From: Calditrichaceae bacterium
GTDB taxonomy: Bacteria > Calditrichota > Calditrichia > Calditrichales > JBFXGD01
DNA: 11,725 bases
Direction of reading: 5' to 3'
Assembly (NCBI GenBank): GCA_050178385.1
Contig: JBFXGD010000110.1
Span: forward strand, 1-11,725
Shown here piece after piece: positions 1 to 8,189 of this stretch; position 1 is the stretch's first letter, and each line of letters opens with the position of its first letter. The notes under the pieces are model-generated. The model did not search any database, was not told where the DNA came from, and worked only from the letters and a program-made list of their open reading frames with translations. Both the position numbers and the translations under genes were made by a program.

Positions 1-1754
1 TTCGCAGCGTCAAACGCAGACTTAATTTCATTTGAATTGCTGCCTTTCAATGCTTCCTTCAGTCTGCCAATCGCCGTTTCAATCTTTGTTTTATCATCGT
101 CGCTGATCTTATCACCAAGCTCTTTCGGCTGCTTTTCAGTCTGATAAACCAGGGAATCAGCCTGGTTGCGTGTTTCAATCTCTTCTTTTTTCAGTTTGTC
201 TTCCGATGCATGAGCCTGCGCATCTTTTTTCATTTTTTCAATTTCCTGTTCAGACAATCCGCTGGAAGCTTCGATACGGATACTCTGTTCCTTACCTGTC
301 GCCTTATCTTTTGCTGAAACATGGAGAATTCCGTTCGCGTCAACATCAAAAGTCACCTCAACCTGCGGTACACCTCTTGGTGCCGGTGGAATACCGTCAA
401 GGAAGAATTTACCGAGAGAACGGTTTCCGGCGGCCATCTGACGCTCACCCTGGAGAACATTAATTTCAACCGATGTCTGACTATCAGCGGCTGTCGAGAA
501 TATCTGTGATTTTTTCGTTGGAATCGTTGTATTGGCATCAATCAATTTTGTTGAAACCCCGCCAAGAGTTTCGATACCAAGCGACAGTGGTATCACGTCG
601 AGAAGAAGAATGTCGTTTACTTCACCGGTCAAAACCGCGCCCTGAATGGCCGCGCCGAGAGCGACAACTTCATCCGGATTTACACCTTTGTGCGGTTCTT
701 TTCCGAAATATTGTTTTACGATCTCCTGTACCTTTGGAATACGTGTCGAACCGCCAACAAGAATGACCTCGTCTATATCGCCGGTACTCAGATTCGCGTC
801 TTTCAATGCGATTTTACATGGTTCAAGCGCTCTCTGCACAAGATCATCAACAAGCTGTTCAAATTTTGCGCGGCTGAGAGTGATATTTAAATGCTTTGGA
901 CCGGATTCGGTTGCTGTAATGAACGGCAGATTCACTTCGGTCTGCATTGACGAAGAAAGCTCAATTTTTGCTTTTTCCGCTGCTTCTTTCAGTCTCTGAA
1001 GCGCCATCGGGTCTTTCCGAAGATCAACCCCTTCGTCTTTCTTGAACTGATCGGCAAGAAATTCAATGATTCTCTGATCAAAGTCATCACCACCCAGATG
1101 TGTATCACCGTTCGTCGATTTTACTTCGACAACATTATCGCCGATTTCGAGTATGGATATATCAAATGTACCACCGCCAAGATCGAATACAGCGATTTTT
1201 TCATCTGATTTTTTATCAAGACCATACGCAAGCGCTGCCGCCGTCGGTTCATTGATAATTCGTTTAACATCAAGGCCCGCTATTTTACCGGCATCCTTTG
1301 TAGCCTGTCTCTGAGCATCATTAAAGTAAGCGGGAACGGTGACAACCGCCTCAGTCACTTTCTCGCCAAGATAATCTTCCGCGGTCTGTTTCATTTTCTG
1401 CAGAATCATCGCGGATATTTCCGGCGGTGAATACTGCTTGTCGGTGACATCGACCATCACAACATCATTGGTTCCTTTTTTAATTTTATATGGAACTTCT
1501 TTCATTTCATTGCTGACTTCATTATAAAAGCGACCCATAAAGCGTTTTATCGAAAAAACAGTGTTTTCAGGATTTGTAACCGCCTGACGTTTTGCGGATG
1601 CGCCTACGAGCCGTTCACCTTTTTTTGTAAAAGCGACAACCGATGGAGTTGTACGACCGCCTTCCGAATTCGGAATCACAACCGGTTCCCCGCCTTCCAT
1701 TACAGCGACTACTGAGTTTGTCGTTCCAAGGTCAATTCCTATAATTTTTCCCAT
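1..1754 (-). CDS. dnaK: Molecular chaperone DnaK (Hsp70), 3' end outside the window
   Basis: Missing from the ORF track because there is no stop in the window. Manual translation from the ATG at 1754 gives [14 protein letters not shown]...TTPSVVAF...[18 protein letters not shown]...[13 protein letters not shown]...[13 protein letters not shown]...THLGGDDFD...[12 protein letters not shown]...[14 protein letters not shown], covering the Hsp70 signatures. The frame is open to the left edge (584 codons). It includes the diderm-type insertion after SIKRFMGR. Confidence 0.99.
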   Translation of the reverse strand, partial: MGKIIGIDLGTTNSVVAVMEGGEPVVIPNSEGGRTTPSVVAFTKKGERLVGASAKRQAVTNPENTVFSIKRFMGRFYNEVSNEMKEVPYKIKKGTNDVVMVDVTDKQYSPPEISAMILQKMKQTAEDYLGEKVTEAVVTVPAYFNDAQRQATKDAGKIAGLDVKRIINEPTAAALAYGLDKKSDEKIAVFDLGGGTFDISILEIGDNVVEVKSTNGDTHLGGDDFDQRIIEFLADQFKKDEGVDLRKDPMALQRLKEAAEKAKIELSSSMQTEVNLPFITATESGPKHLNITLSRAKFEQLVDDLVQRALEPCKIALKDANLSTGDIDEVILVGGSTRIPKVQEIVKQYFGKEPHKGVNPDEVVALGAAIQGAVLTGEVNDILLLDVIPLSLGIETLGGVSTKLIDANTTIPTKKSQIFSTAADSQTSVEINVLQGERQMAAGNRSLGKFFLDGIPPAPRGVPQVEVTFDVDANGILHVSAKDKATGKEQSIRIEASSGLSEQEIEKMKKDAQAHASEDKLKKEEIETRNQADSLVYQTEKQPKELGDKISDDDKTKIETAIGRLKEALKGSNSNEIKSAFDAA

Positions 1755-1762
1755 TAGCTATT

Positions 1763-1767
1763 CTCCT
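1763..1767 (-). promoter_or_regulatory. Ribosome-binding site of dnaK
   Basis: AGGAG on the minus strand, 8 nt before the ATG at 1754. Confidence 0.85.
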
Positions 1768-1802
1768 GGTTATAATAAATACACAAATTTTAAATAAAGA
1801 AC

Positions 1803-1818
1803 TACAATAAATATGCCA
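1803..1818 (-). promoter_or_regulatory. Candidate sigma54 (RpoN) -24/-12 promoter of dnaK
   Basis: Minus strand reads TGGCATATTTATTGTA. This is TGGCA...TTG with exact GG-N10-G spacing, but GT replaces the canonical GC at -12. It lies between the htrA terminator and the dnaK RBS. Confidence 0.6.
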
Positions 1819-1910
1819 AGACAAGGTAAATCCTTGTAAATCGCATGTTTACAACAGTTTGACCGTTTTAATACTATTCAGTCATTATAAACCATTTAAA
1901 AACAAATTCC

Positions 1911-1921
1911 GTCATATTGAC
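1911..1921. promoter_or_regulatory. Palindromic candidate upstream activator site GTCA-N3-TGAC
   Basis: GTCATATTGAC, centred about 100 bp upstream of the -24 GG. Its exact reverse complement occurs at 4536-4546. Confidence 0.5.
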
Positions 1922-1984
1922 AGATTTCACATGATATGTCAGGTTATCCTTAAAAATGACTGCCATCTTTTATTATGATTATCC

Positions 1985-2016
1985 AAAATAAAAATGCCGC
2001 CCGAGCGGACGGCATT
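1985..2016 (-). terminator. Intrinsic terminator after htrA
   Basis: Minus strand AATGCCGTCC-GCTC-GGGCGGCATT forms a 10-bp stem with one G-U pair, followed by TTTATTTT. It starts about 28 nt after the htrA stop. Confidence 0.85.
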
Positions 2017-2044
2017 GCAATTAGTACTTGTACGAAAATATGAA

Positions 2045-3568
2045 TTAGGGAATCTGGATGAATAACAGCCGGTCAAAATTCTGCCCGGTCATTTTTCTTC
2101 TTATTTTCAATTTTATTACATCACCCTTGTTGTATTTCGAAAGTCGATTGTGAAAATCATCAACGGATTCGACATTTTTGCCTTCCATCTGATAAATAAT
2201 ATCACCTTCACCGATGCCGGCTTTTGCCGCGGCGCTATAATTAGTGATCGAATAAACTTCAACACCGCTTTTTAATTCGAGATTCTTTAACCGGGCTCCG
2301 GTCAGATCCCTGATTTTCATACCGAGATTAGGAATATTTTTCTCCAGTTTTTGTTCAGGCTTCTCGGCAACACTCTGATTCTCCAAATCGTCTCTTCCTT
2401 CAAGAACCGCACTAAGGCTCATTTTTTTCCCGTTTCTCCAGACTTCAAGCTGTACTTTTTCTCCGGGATTATAAGTCCCTATCCTGGCCTGAAGTTCGTT
2501 TGGCTGGTTCACATCTTTGCCATTGACAGTCAGGACAACATCCCCTTCCTTTAAACCTGCTTTTTCCGCGGATTTTCCGGGAATAACACTTGAGATAAAC
2601 ACTCCCCGCGGTTTATCCATTTTAACACCTTTGGCTTTTACGGGATTCATTGCTTCAATATAGACACCAAGATATCCACGGCGAACCTCTCCAAATTTCA
2701 GTAAATCGTCGACAACACTCTTGGCGATATTGATCGGTACCGAAAATCCGTACCCCATGTAATAGTTGGTCCGGGTGGCGATGGCTGAATTTACGCCGAT
2801 CACTTCACCGCTCAGATTGACCAGCGCGCCTCCGCTGTTTCCGGGATTGATCGCCGCGTCCGTCTGAATGAAATTTTCAATTCCGTTCGGCATATTCTGA
2901 TCACGAAGGATATTGATATCGCGGCTTAAAGCGCTGACGATGCCGGCGGTAACGGTTGATGTCAAGTTCAGCGGACTCCCCATTGCCATAACCCATTCAC
3001 CAATTTGGACATTATCCGAATTCCCGAGAACGGCAATCGGTAGATCCTCCGCTTCTATTTTTATCAGCGCGATATCCGTTGTCGGATCGGTACCGATAAT
3101 TTTTGCCTCGTATTCCGTGTTATCGAGCAGCTTAACATTGAGCTCATCCACATCATTCACCACATGATGATTTGTCAGAATGTATCCGTCTTTGCTGATG
3201 ATGATTCCTGAACCAAGACCGTTTTGCGGTACTTCGCTTTGAAGCTCTTCTTCCGGCACATCCTGCCAGTCCTTAAAAAACCTGTAAAACGGATGTACTT
3301 TGATATTTTTTGTGGTATAGATCGCGACAATCGACGGACGAACCTTTTTTACCATATCCACAAACATGGCATTTGGATTAAAGTTTCCGACAGTTAATCC
3401 AGCCTGTGGTTGATCCGCAGCTGTGGTTTCTGTGTATATTTTATTTTCGTCGGTAGCCGCGTTGATTTTTGACTGAATATTAAAATTGGTTGTAAGTACG
3501 ACGCCTATAATGATTCCTATTGCCACAAACCCGGAAATAACGATAAAAGAGTTCTTCAAATTATTCAT
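2045..3568 (-). CDS. htrA: HtrA/DegP/DegQ-family periplasmic serine protease (Do family) with two PDZ domains
   Basis: 507 aa with an N-terminal hydrophobic anchor. Motifs: GLGSGIII, TNHHVV (His), TDIALIKI (Asp), QTDAAINPGNSGG (Ser), RGYLGV and AGLKEGDVV (PDZ1), LGMKI and AGIGEGDII (PDZ2). GAGGG RBS upstream. Confidence 0.97.
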   Translation of the reverse strand: MNNLKNSFIVISGFVAIGIIIGVVLTTNFNIQSKINAATDENKIYTETTAADQPQAGLTVGNFNPNAMFVDMVKKVRPSIVAIYTTKNIKVHPFYRFFKDWQDVPEEELQSEVPQNGLGSGIIISKDGYILTNHHVVNDVDELNVKLLDNTEYEAKIIGTDPTTDIALIKIEAEDLPIAVLGNSDNVQIGEWVMAMGSPLNLTSTVTAGIVSALSRDINILRDQNMPNGIENFIQTDAAINPGNSGGALVNLSGEVIGVNSAIATRTNYYMGYGFSVPINIAKSVVDDLLKFGEVRRGYLGVYIEAMNPVKAKGVKMDKPRGVFISSVIPGKSAEKAGLKEGDVVLTVNGKDVNQPNELQARIGTYNPGEKVQLEVWRNGKKMSLSAVLEGRDDLENQSVAEKPEQKLEKNIPNLGMKIRDLTGARLKNLELKSGVEVYSITNYSAAAKAGIGEGDIIYQMEGKNVESVDDFHNRLSKYNKGDVIKLKIRRKMTGQNFDRLLFIQIP

Positions 3569-3619
3569 CTTTATCCCTCACTAACTGCTAATTACTATAT
3601 TAAATTTTTACGGATTTTA

Positions 3620-4303
3620 TTAATCTCTTCCTCTGATAAGCAGTAACCGGATCAGCTGCATCAACGCCATTGCAGCAGCGGCCACATACGTCATGGCAGC
3701 GGCATTTAACACTTTTTTCGCGCCGGTTATTTCCTGACTTACAAGCAATCCGTTTGATTCAAGCTGCGCCAGGGCGCGTGTGCTTGCGTTAAACTCAACC
3801 GGTAAGGTTACCAGATGGAATAATACCACAGCCGCAAAAAAGACGATTCCAAGATCCATCAGAAAAGGTGTGTTCATGAACATACCGATCAGAAACAACG
3901 GAAAAGCCGCCCATGAGGCGATACTGGTGACAGGCAGAATTGTGTGCCTCATCTGGAGCGGTGCATATCCCACATTATGCTGTATGGCGTGCCCTACTTC
4001 ATGAGCGGCAACGGCAAGGGCTGAGAGAGAACGGCCGCGGAAATTATTTTCCGACAAACGTACCTTTTTCACTCTGGGATCATAATGATCGCTCAACTCT
4101 CCGGCTACCGACTCAATCTCCACATCGGTAATACCATTCTGATTTAAGATAAACCTGGCCGCGTCGGCGCCTGTCATGCCTCTTGACGAACTGATTTTCT
4201 GGAATTTTTTGAATGTTGACTTTACCCTGATTTGCGCCCAAATAGCAAGAATAAGTACCGGTACAAGCAACAGCATGGTCGGATCTAAAAACGAAAAAGG
4301 CAT
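3620..4303 (-). CDS. YugP-family membrane neutral zinc metallopeptidase (Zn_peptidase_2)
   Basis: 227 aa with family motifs GMTGADAA, LSDHYDP, VAAHEVGHAIQH (HEXXH), VTLPVEFNASTRA and LNAAAMTYVA, and several transmembrane segments. AAGGAG RBS at 4310-4315. Confidence 0.95.
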   Translation of the reverse strand: MPFSFLDPTMLLLVPVLILAIWAQIRVKSTFKKFQKISSSRGMTGADAARFILNQNGITDVEIESVAGELSDHYDPRVKKVRLSENNFRGRSLSALAVAAHEVGHAIQHNVGYAPLQMRHTILPVTSIASWAAFPLFLIGMFMNTPFLMDLGIVFFAAVVLFHLVTLPVEFNASTRALAQLESNGLLVSQEITGAKKVLNAAAMTYVAAAAMALMQLIRLLLIRGRD

Positions 4304-4382
4304 TTCTTTCTCCTTAAAAGTGTTTTTTATTTTTTTTAATAAACGTTTTTTTATTAAATTTGTTCACCTGTATCCTGATATT

Positions 4383-4398
4383 AACAAATTTTGTGCCG
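4383..4398 (-). promoter_or_regulatory. Candidate sigma54 (RpoN) -24/-12 promoter of the peptidase-htrA unit
   Basis: Minus strand reads CGGCACAAAATTTGTT, i.e. GGCAC-N5-TTGT. Same GG-N10-GT variant as upstream of dnaK, 80 nt before the ATG at 4303. Confidence 0.55.
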
Positions 4399-4535
4399 AA
4401 CCTGAAATAATTAATGGTAAATCAGTAATATTCACCCAATCTGTTATGAATCAATGGTTATGGACTAACAAAATCCGTCTTTTCCTGACGATTTTTTGAT
4501 GATAACGCATCTGTAATAATTTTATTGATGATCGG

Positions 4536-4546
4536 GTCAATATGAC
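4536..4546. promoter_or_regulatory. Palindromic candidate regulator site GTCA-N3-TGAC
   Basis: GTCAATATGAC, the exact reverse complement of 1911-1921, centred about 144 bp upstream of the -24 GG at 4397. A degenerate second copy (GCCTATTTGAC) lies at 4559-4569. Confidence 0.5.
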
Positions 4547-4564
4547 GCATTTTACTACGCCTAT

Positions 4565-4592
4565 TTGACAGAGTTCCGGAGACAGTTAAAAT
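4565..4592 (+). promoter_or_regulatory. Sigma70-type promoter of the NYN-kinase operon
   Basis: TTGACA (4565-4570), 16-nt spacer, TAAAAT (4587-4592), oriented toward the ATG at 4707. Confidence 0.65.
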
Positions 4593-4706
4593 TTTCAGGT
4601 TTCTGAATATGGTGGTAACCGGAAATTTTTGCTGCATTAATACAGGTCACCGGAATAAACGCTGATTTGGATAAAAATATTCGCATGAGAGATAAGGTTT
4701 AAAAGA

Positions 4707-5201
4707 ATGAACGAAAAAATAATCATAGACGGATTTAATCTTGCGCATAAATTCCCTTCAATCGCGCGACAAATAAAAGCAGGTGACATTGACGCTGCCC
4801 TGACGTTAATTCTTAATCAGGTTAAAAAAGTCCTTTCTCCGAAGGTCTCCAGAATCATTGTGGTTTTTGACGGTAAGGATAATCCTTATCATCATCCTTC
4901 CGGTCACCCGAACATTAAGATCATGTTCTCAAGAAAACCTGAAACCGCGGATGACATCATTCGTAACTTTATCCGGAATACAACCGATGTCAATGAATGG
5001 ACTGTGGTCAGTTCCGATAATGAAATCCTGTTTACCGCGCAGGATCACGGCGCCAAAACCGCAAAATCCGAAAACTTTAAAAGGCGAATAGACCGCGCGG
5101 GCCGCCCCGGACGGACAGCGCTTAACCCGGAAAAATATAACCCGGATGATGTGGATATTGACTACTGGAAATCTGTCTTTGGCGCACAGGATGAAGAATG
5201 A
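4707..5201 (+). CDS. NYN-domain (YacP/Rae1-like) PIN-fold ribonuclease
   Basis: 164 aa with acidic catalytic motifs IIIDGFNL, IVVFDG, TADDII and VVSSDNEI, plus a C-terminal EK...DIDYW...F tail. Confidence 0.9.
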   Translation: MNEKIIIDGFNLAHKFPSIARQIKAGDIDAALTLILNQVKKVLSPKVSRIIVVFDGKDNPYHHPSGHPNIKIMFSRKPETADDIIRNFIRNTTDVNEWTVVSSDNEILFTAQDHGAKTAKSENFKRRIDRAGRPGRTALNPEKYNPDDVDIDYWKSVFGAQDEE

Positions 5202-6532
5202 AAATTTCAACAGACAAAAAGCGGTCTAATCAATACGCCTTTGTTTTATGGGCCGGTCTTGGGATCGTTCTTTTGTTTAATCTTCTTGTCTGGATTTATT
5301 TAAATCAGGTTGAAGAGAAATTCAGCGACGAGCTTAAAGACAAACTCAATATCGCCGGGCAACTGATGAGCCGGTTGATCGACCCGGAACAGATAAAATT
5401 GTTGATTCCCGGCGAGCAGAATACGCTTCAGTATCTCTACCATCAGCAGCTTCTTGAGGAAATCCGCAAAACAAACTCTCTGCAGTCGATCATACTCGTT
5501 TCGCCCATGGGAGAAATACTTGTCTCAGCGCCCGAACGTCTATCAACCCAACAGGTATCAGTCATTTCAGGCAGTCCCTATTTTAAACAGGCCATGAGTG
5601 GAAAAAGCTCAGTCTCTGACCTGCAGGAATTTGCCGGTGAAAAGTTTATGACGGCGCTTATGCCCATAAAAGATATTGACGGATTCCCGCAAGGTGTTCA
5701 GATTATAGAAGCCAAAGCTACTTATTTTGATGTTATCGACATTCTCAGAAACCGGTTGCTGCTGTTCAGTTTTATCAATCTTATTGTGATATTGCTGATC
5801 GCCATTCTGCTGTTCCGCGTGATCAACCGGTCCATGAGATACAGGGCGGCCATAAAAGAACGCGAACATCTTGTCCAACTGGGCACCATGGCGGCGACGG
5901 TCGCGCATGAATTACGTAATCCGCTGGGAATTATCGAGGGCACGAACGATATAATTAAAAAGAAATATGGTGGTTCCGGGGATGAAATTTTTGAATACAT
6001 CCCGCAGGAGCTGAAAAGACTGGTTACGATTATAGATAATTTTCTAAGATTCGCGCGCGCGCCTCAATTACAGCTAAGCCGTTTCAGCATCAGCATCCTT
6101 CTGCAGAAAATCAGTGTTGGACTAAATAAAGACGAGCTAAAACGGCTGGAAATCATTCCCGCGGCGGATAATTTGGAAATTTCCAGCGATGAAAATTTGT
6201 TGGAACAATCCTTGTTAAATATCATTATTAACGCGCTTCAGGCGTCCGGAGAAAATGGAAAAGTGACTCTGGAAATTAAATCCGGCAGAAAAAACAGGTG
6301 CCGTATTATTATAAAGGATTCCGGTCCCGGGATTCCGAATGAAAATATGAATAAAATATTCGAACCGTTTTATACCACCAGGGAAAAAGGAACCGGTTTG
6401 GGACTCGCTATCACAAAAAGACTGATCGAGCAATTGGATGGAAGCATCTCTGTCCGCAATCTTGATCCGGTCGGATGCGAATTTGTAGTAAATATTCCGG
6501 ATTTATCGGACCGGAAGGGGTTGAAGAATTGA
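5198..6532 (+). CDS. Membrane sensor histidine kinase (HisKA + HATPase_c; NtrB/AtoS/ZraS-like transmitter)
   Basis: 444 aa with two transmembrane helices flanking a Cache/PAS-like periplasmic domain. H box LGTMAATVAHELRNPL, N box LNIIINALQA, G1 DSGPGI, F box IFEPFYTT, G2 GTGLGLAI. ATGA overlap with the NYN stop. Confidence 0.96.
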   Translation: MKISTDKKRSNQYAFVLWAGLGIVLLFNLLVWIYLNQVEEKFSDELKDKLNIAGQLMSRLIDPEQIKLLIPGEQNTLQYLYHQQLLEEIRKTNSLQSIILVSPMGEILVSAPERLSTQQVSVISGSPYFKQAMSGKSSVSDLQEFAGEKFMTALMPIKDIDGFPQGVQIIEAKATYFDVIDILRNRLLLFSFINLIVILLIAILLFRVINRSMRYRAAIKEREHLVQLGTMAATVAHELRNPLGIIEGTNDIIKKKYGGSGDEIFEYIPQELKRLVTIIDNFLRFARAPQLQLSRFSISILLQKISVGLNKDELKRLEIIPAADNLEISSDENLLEQSLLNIIINALQASGENGKVTLEIKSGRKNRCRIIIKDSGPGIPNENMNKIFEPFYTTREKGTGLGLAITKRLIEQLDGSISVRNLDPVGCEFVVNIPDLSDRKGLKN

Positions 6533-8115
6533 TTTTCCCCATCTTTCTCCCGCCGGTTTTGTATGCCGAAACACATTACAGGTTCAGGTATTTTTTCAGC
6601 CTTCTCAAAAAACCGGAGCCTGAAATTATCGCGGATGTTCCGCACCGGATTTTGCGCGACGGCATGCTCCCCGTTCTTCTGATTGTAAGGGATGCCCACC
6701 TCTACCCGGTCGTTCTTGAAACAGCCGAAGTCTTTATTGATAATGTGAAGAAGGTAAGTTTTACATTTTCAAAGCCGGTCGATGCACCTTATTTTGAGTC
6801 CCTGCTCAAAATCGATGTGGCGGACATAAATCCGGGGCAGCGCTCAATTATCATTAAAATTGAATACAAGATTAAAAGAAAGACAAAGATTTGCTTTAAT
6901 GACAATCACCGGGGAACAACACACGAGCCATTTCCCTGCTACTTCTCAGATGAAGCCCTGCCAAATTTTGAAGGTTATGCGCTTGGTGAACCTCACGCGC
7001 ATACAAATTTTACATACGATCAGATTGAATTCGGGGCATCAATTCAAAACACGGCGGAAATGGCAAGAATACTGGGCCTGCGTTACTTCGCGGCGACAGA
7101 TCATTCATACGACCTTGACGATATGCCCGATAATTATTTCATCAATGATCCCGAGCTTCGCAAATGGCATGATTTCCACCATCAGGTTTCTGTGTACAAT
7201 GACCAAACAGATGGTTTTTGCGTCATCCCGGGAGAAGAAGTCAGCGCCCGGAACTCAAAAGAAAAAAATGTGCATCTTCTGGTTTACAATTCCGATACAT
7301 TTTATCACGGAACGGGAGACAGCGGCGACCGCTGGCTGAATTACCGGTCGGAACATGACCTGAGTTCCATTTTGAAAGATCTTAACGGGCAGACGGTGGC
7401 ATTCGCGGCCCATCCGAAGGACCCTACGCCGTTTTTACAGAGCCTGCTTCTGAACCGCGGCGGGTGGAATCATGAAGATGCCGCTCACAACAATCTGACC
7501 GGTGTTCAGATTATCAATGGCAGAACCGATGAGATTACCCGGTCCGGTTTGACCTACTGGAAAGAACTGCTGCTCGCGGGACATAAAATCTTCGCTCTGG
7601 CGGGAGACGACGCCCACGGTAATTTCGGCAGATACCGGCAGATCGCCTTTCCGTTTGTATCCATGCGCGAACATTACCGGCAGCTTTTTGGCACCTGGCG
7701 CACCGGAATATTTCTCGGGAAAGAAGCATTGAATGTGAGTAATCTCATTACAGGATTGCGGAGCGGAAATTATTTTATGACCAACGGACCGGCGATCCGG
7801 ATTCAGGTCATCGATGGCAAAAACATACATGAGATGGGTATGACCGCGGCCGGCGGATCGGAAGCAGTACTACAGGTAAAATCGGGAAACGAGTATGGCG
7901 GAATCAGCCGGATCAGACTGTTTTACGGGATTATCGGCGATCAGGATGAAATAACGCTTTTGGATCAAGACATGACCGAACCGGTGTACTCATTATCGGA
8001 AAAAGTATCCTTACCCGATGATCAAAAATCATGTTATATCCGCGGCGAAGCGGTCACAAAAAATAAACGAGGCGAATTTTACGGTTATACCAATCCGATT
8101 TGGATTCAACGCTGA
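6529..8115 (+). CDS. PHP-domain (CehA/McbA-like) metallohydrolase
   Basis: PHP metal-ligand motifs GEPHAHT, ATDHS, IPGEE, VHLL, AAHP and AGDDAH, with C-terminal GNYFMTNGP and YTNPIW. The start is most likely the in-frame TTG at 6529 (TTGA overlap with the kinase stop; GAAGGGG RBS 8 nt upstream) rather than the ATG at 6475. Confidence 0.85.
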   Translation: MIFPIFLPPVLYAETHYRFRYFFSLLKKPEPEIIADVPHRILRDGMLPVLLIVRDAHLYPVVLETAEVFIDNVKKVSFTFSKPVDAPYFESLLKIDVADINPGQRSIIIKIEYKIKRKTKICFNDNHRGTTHEPFPCYFSDEALPNFEGYALGEPHAHTNFTYDQIEFGASIQNTAEMARILGLRYFAATDHSYDLDDMPDNYFINDPELRKWHDFHHQVSVYNDQTDGFCVIPGEEVSARNSKEKNVHLLVYNSDTFYHGTGDSGDRWLNYRSEHDLSSILKDLNGQTVAFAAHPKDPTPFLQSLLLNRGGWNHEDAAHNNLTGVQIINGRTDEITRSGLTYWKELLLAGHKIFALAGDDAHGNFGRYRQIAFPFVSMREHYRQLFGTWRTGIFLGKEALNVSNLITGLRSGNYFMTNGPAIRIQVIDGKNIHEMGMTAAGGSEAVLQVKSGNEYGGISRIRLFYGIIGDQDEITLLDQDMTEPVYSLSEKVSLPDDQKSCYIRGEAVTKNKRGEFYGYTNPIWIQR

Positions 8116-8189
8116 AATTTTGTAAATACATCGAACTGAAAAAGTGACACTTCCGCTAACAGAATTCCATATTTAAACGAAAAACAACT

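Noticed and set aside
170..999. Plus-strand ORFs (170-463, 321-509, 473-766, 646-999, 690-890) and the minus-strand ORF 353-541
   Set aside because: They are antisense or alternative-frame shadows of dnaK. Antisense ORFs on hsp70 genes are a known artefact, and here they are fragmented.
1917..1950. Plus-strand TTGACA as an antisense sigma70 promoter
   Set aside because: There is no acceptable -10 hexamer at 16-18 nt spacing; the hexamer is explained by the GTCA-N3-TGAC palindrome.
1755..2044. CIRCE/HrcA operator upstream of dnaK
   Set aside because: No TTAGCACTC-N9-GAGTGCTAA-like sequence is visible on either strand.
1839..4461. IHF sites between the sigma54-like boxes and the palindromes (AATCGCATGTTTA at 1839, AATCAATGGTTA at 4449)
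   Set aside because: They have two mismatches or wrong spacing against WATCAANNNNTTR, which is too weak in AT-rich DNA.
4176..4499. 107-aa plus-strand ORF
   Set aside because: It is antisense to the peptidase 5' end and runs through the AT-rich promoter region, with no motif.
4609..4665. 18-codon leader ORF MVVTGNFCCINTGHRNKR with tandem Cys
   Set aside because: No RBS, no attenuator hairpin with a U-tract, and the downstream genes are unrelated to cysteine metabolism.
6475..6528. ATG start at 6475 for the PHP hydrolase
   Set aside because: It would overlap the kinase by 58 nt. The in-frame TTG at 6529 has an RBS and a 4-nt coupled overlap.
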